Source: a virus | Lineage: Duplodnaviria; Caudoviricetes | DNA length: 64,000 nt | IMG/VR virus record: IMGVR_UViG_3300037264_002561 | Span: 895-64,894 of that record | Direction: 5' to 3' (one strand) | In this document: in pieces, positions 61,037-64,000 of the stretch | How positions within the stretch are numbered: position 1 is the first letter of the stretch | How the letters are laid out: each line of letters opens with the position of its first letter | Position numbers and translations under genes: made by a program | Notes under the pieces: generated by a model | Database searches by the model: none | What the model was told of the DNA's origin: nothing | What the model saw: the letters and a program-made list of their open reading frames with translations, nothing else

Positions 61037-63322
61037 TCAACCAAGAGCGTTCGGGTCAATTCCATCGAAGAAGTCGTCAGTGGTGCTTTCGGAGTCGGTA
61101 GAGGCTTCTTGGGTACTGCCAGTTGGCTCGTCGGCGCCGTTGGCTTCGTAGTTCGGTTCTCCATCAACAGGGGTCTTGCTCTTCACCTCCTCGAAGGGAT
61201 CCCCGACATCGAAGGTGGCGAAACCATCCTCGATGTCATCGTTCTTCTTGCAGTTGTGTTCCTTGCGGGAGACCTCGTAGATCTTCCCGTCGAGAGTGTA
61301 GGCCTCGCCCTTGCAGAGGGGACAGGGCCCCCGGAGAGGCTTCTCGTTCAAGAGCCACGGGAAGAGCTTGGCCGTCTCCGGGTCGTAGCCGAGCTTCTTG
61401 GCGAGCTCGTCGTCCATCGGGGTCGGTTCCTCCACGATCTTCGGAGGAGACTTCGGTGGAGCCTTGGGAGGAAGCTCCGCCACCTTAGCCGGTGGTTTGG
61501 CGGCGGCCGGCTTGCTCGGAGGAGTCTTCGCCCCCTCCCCCAGACCTTCGACGTACGAGTGCTCCATCCCATCCTTCGCCCCGGGGGTGAGTTGGTCGAG
61601 CTCGTCCTGGGTCGTGGCCGTGATGTTCCCCATCGGATCGTTCTTGTGGAGGTTCATCATCAAGAAGGCCTTGCGGCTGTGGCCGTCGACCGCGACCTTC
61701 TCGATCATCATGGCCCAGTAGCGCAGCCGATTGATGGCCCGGCTGTAGGACAACCAGAGGGGGTTGGCCTTGATCTGGTCCTTGATCGACGAGCGATCCG
61801 GAGCGAGGGGCTTCTCGTTCGCCTTGCTCTTGTAGCCCTGGAGATCCTTCTCGTACTGCTCGCGCGCCAGGCGATAGTTCTCGTGGACCTGGGACGCGAG
61901 CCATGCCTCGAACGAGGTCTCAGCCTCCGAGAGGGCGTACTGAAGCGCGGCATGGGCCGTCTGCACGTGGTAGTGGTCGGTCTGGATCCTCTCGGCCTGG
62001 TACTTGGGATCGTGCCCCACCGGGAGACCGATGATGCTCTTGAGATCCTTGAGGACGGTCAGGGCCGCCTGAAGATCGAAGTTCACCGGCAGCCCGATCA
62101 GTTCGGCCAGGCCGAGGTTGTCCACCAAGCCCAGGAACGCCTCCTTGAGCCCAGGAGTTTCCTTTGGTTTCACGGTCTCGAGGGCCGTGCTCTTCTCCAC
62201 CTTGGGCTTGGCAGCCTCATTTGGTGGGGTTGCGGAGGCGGCGGAAGTCTCCTTGACCGGAACTTTGGTCTCTGGAGCCTTGACCTCGGGGGTCTTGGGA
62301 GGATCTGGAGGCGTCAGAGGAACAGCGGGCTTGCTGGGAGGAGGAGTGGCTTCCGTCTTGTTGGACTTGAGCAACTTCTCGGCCCTTTCGAGAGTCTCGA
62401 AGACTCCAAGTGCTTTCCAGTCCACGCCCTTGAACGTGGGGTCCTTGCTATCCTTGGCGAGTTGGTAGGACTGGGCCAAGAACACATCCACCATCGCCAG
62501 GTCGATCTCGCTCTTCTTGATGCGGATGTCGACGCCCCAGTTGAAGTCCGGCTCGATCTTGGAAGCCGCGACGATCAGCGACTTCCAATCGAACTTGACT
62601 TCGGTCTCGTTGAGGCCTCCTACCGCTTCGGTCCCCAGTTGGAAGAGTCGCCCAGCCGGAGGGAGATCTCGATCGGGCCAAAGGACGGTGACGACGACGT
62701 GGTCGCCGGCCCCCTTCCAACTCTCGATCCGAGGGGGGCTGAGGATGACTCCGCGCGTGTGGCGCTGGGGATCCGACATGCTCTTCACGAAGGTCCCGAC
62801 AGGCCACTTGGCAGCATAGGATTCGGCCTGAGCCTTGAGATCGACCGGCTTTTCCTTCTTGGCCTTTCCGACGGCGGCCATGGTGCGGCGGTGAACCGAG
62901 ACTTCCTTGGTGGCGTCGTTGATCCCCGCGTAGCGGCACTCGGAGACCGGGACCCGAGATGGGAGGATCGGTGGTTCGGTCCTGGGGATGTCCCACTCGA
63001 CTTCGATGACACCTTCGTAGGACGTCGCGTCGGATCCGGAGATCCGGACCGAGTCGACTTGGTGGCCCTTCACGGCTCCAGTCTCACCGGCCTGGGGTCC
63101 CTTTTCGACCACGATGCGCTGGGTGATGGGCCACTTCTGGACGTGCTCGGCCATGAACTTGAGCAACGGACTGTTCGCATCCGTCTCGGCCGGCTTCGAG
63201 GTGGCTTCCTTGTGGATCTCCTGGGGGCTCGGGGGAGTGCCCTTGGGCTTGGCCGGACCCTTCTTGGGGGCAGCGGCAGGCTTCGGGGCCGGAGGATCGT
63301 CATCATCAAATGCTAGCGGCAT
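61037..63322 (-). CDS. Large multidomain protein containing a UvsY-like helical bundle
   Basis: AAGGAG RBS + ATG; AE..FEAW.A...Y...R...IKDQIKANP.W...RKAFLM segment; Pro/Lys linkers; CPLC...C near C-terminus. Confidence 0.6.
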   Translation of the reverse strand: MPLAFDDDDPPAPKPAAAPKKGPAKPKGTPPSPQEIHKEATSKPAETDANSPLLKFMAEHVQKWPITQRIVVEKGPQAGETGAVKGHQVDSVRISGSDATSYEGVIEVEWDIPRTEPPILPSRVPVSECRYAGINDATKEVSVHRRTMAAVGKAKKEKPVDLKAQAESYAAKWPVGTFVKSMSDPQRHTRGVILSPPRIESWKGAGDHVVVTVLWPDRDLPPAGRLFQLGTEAVGGLNETEVKFDWKSLIVAASKIEPDFNWGVDIRIKKSEIDLAMVDVFLAQSYQLAKDSKDPTFKGVDWKALGVFETLERAEKLLKSNKTEATPPPSKPAVPLTPPDPPKTPEVKAPETKVPVKETSAASATPPNEAAKPKVEKSTALETVKPKETPGLKEAFLGLVDNLGLAELIGLPVNFDLQAALTVLKDLKSIIGLPVGHDPKYQAERIQTDHYHVQTAHAALQYALSEAETSFEAWLASQVHENYRLAREQYEKDLQGYKSKANEKPLAPDRSSIKDQIKANPLWLSYSRAINRLRYWAMMIEKVAVDGHSRKAFLMMNLHKNDPMGNITATTQDELDQLTPGAKDGMEHSYVEGLGEGAKTPPSKPAAAKPPAKVAELPPKAPPKSPPKIVEEPTPMDDELAKKLGYDPETAKLFPWLLNEKPLRGPCPLCKGEAYTLDGKIYEVSRKEHNCKKNDDIEDGFATFDVGDPFEEVKSKTPVDGEPNYEANGADEPTGSTQEASTDSESTTDDFFDGIDPNALG

Positions 63323-63998
63323 CGTCGCTCTCCTTCGTCTCGTCGATCCGCGCTTCGGTCTCCTGACCGCAGTGATGGCAGATCGTTGAATCGTAACTAT
63401 GGATCCTGGCAACTCGGAGTCCAGCCGAGTGCACTATAGGACGTTCCGGGGAACAGACATCACAAGGGAGCTGGACCTCCTTGTGGTTGGTGAACTTCTC
63501 CAGCCTCTTGATGATGAGCGCCTTGAGTTCTTCGCGCCGCAACGAGACGAGATACTCCGGGATCTCAGCCAGAAACTCCTTCTTCTGGCTAGCCGAGAGA
63601 TTGGACTTGGGGATGCGCGCGATCACCTTGAAGAAGCTCTTGGCGTCGCCTAGCCTATCCTTTTGGGTAGCGATGAACTTCTCTCGTTGGGCCACGATCG
63701 TCGTGTCGTGAGCGTACCAATCCCAGTCGGGATAGACCGCTTCTAGGACCCTGACCAGCTTCGCCAGGATTTCGACATTCCAGTAGTGGACCCGATCCAG
63801 TTCGCGGCCAGAGCCGATGAACATCTCGTAGTCCAGGCCATCCGAGTTGCCTTGGCGCTTTCCGTCCGGCACGACCGCGATGTAACGGACCACGTGCGGA
63901 AGCCAGACTTCTCGACCGGCCTTCTTCAAGTCCTCGAAGATCTGAGCATGGATAGGGAGAGCCTTCCCTGGAGCGTACTCAGCGATCTCCTTGTCGAC
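63306..63998 (-). CDS. Probable C-terminus of family B DNA polymerase (5' part outside window)
   Basis: Frame open to window edge; EY...PIHA, VVRYIAV, DRVHYW..EI...L.RVL thumb-like pattern. Confidence 0.5.
   Translation of the reverse strand, partial: VDKEIAEYAPGKALPIHAQIFEDLKKAGREVWLPHVVRYIAVVPDGKRQGNSDGLDYEMFIGSGRELDRVHYWNVEILAKLVRVLEAVYPDWDWYAHDTTIVAQREKFIATQKDRLGDAKSFFKVIARIPKSNLSASQKKEFLAEIPEYLVSLRREELKALIIKRLEKFTNHKEVQLPCDVCSPERPIVHSAGLRVARIHSYDSTICHHCGQETEARIDETKESDDAASI
63431..63440 (-). promoter_or_regulatory. CCTATAGTGC motif, copy 3
   Basis: About 110 nt upstream of the uvsY-like/ssb/recA block. Confidence 0.45.
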
Positions 63999-64000
63999 CT

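Noticed and set aside
1-64000. Stop-codon reassignment, inteins, introns, tRNAs
   Set aside because: Genes tile densely under the standard code; RecA, DnaB and primase are of normal size without splicing motifs; no cloverleaf seen in the few intergenic gaps

Overview
A 64-kb segment of a large, GC-rich, contractile-tailed (myovirus-like) phage genome; no host genes, tRNA/rRNA, CRISPR or IS elements were recognised. Bases 1-47123 are one plus-strand late region: portal (5'-truncated), a multidomain prohead protease/scaffold, major capsid, neck, sheath, tube, chaperone, tape measure, baseplate, a lysis cassette and two appendage/fibre clusters. Bases 47129-64000 are a minus-strand replication/recombination region: primase, MazG, split SbcC, SbcD, dNMP kinase, resolvase-like nuclease, HIRAN protein, DnaB, RecA, SSB, a UvsY-like protein and a probable PolB 3' end. 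The main findings are: (1) an Acb1-like 2H phosphodiesterase inside the prohead protease polyprotein, between apparent self-cleavage sites, plus an Acb2/Tad1-like gene in the lysis cassette; (2) a translationally coupled cluster of tail-fibre-like proteins with Sec-type signal peptides, including an exported Cys-His-Asp enzyme; (3) a dispersed 15-bp palindrome CGTAATCNGATTACG in 8 copies; (4) two predicted -1 ribosomal frameshifts, one in the tail chaperone and an unexpected one in the holin-like gene; (5) a Rad50/SbcC split over two or three separated genes. All family assignments come from motif recognition by eye, not from database searches.
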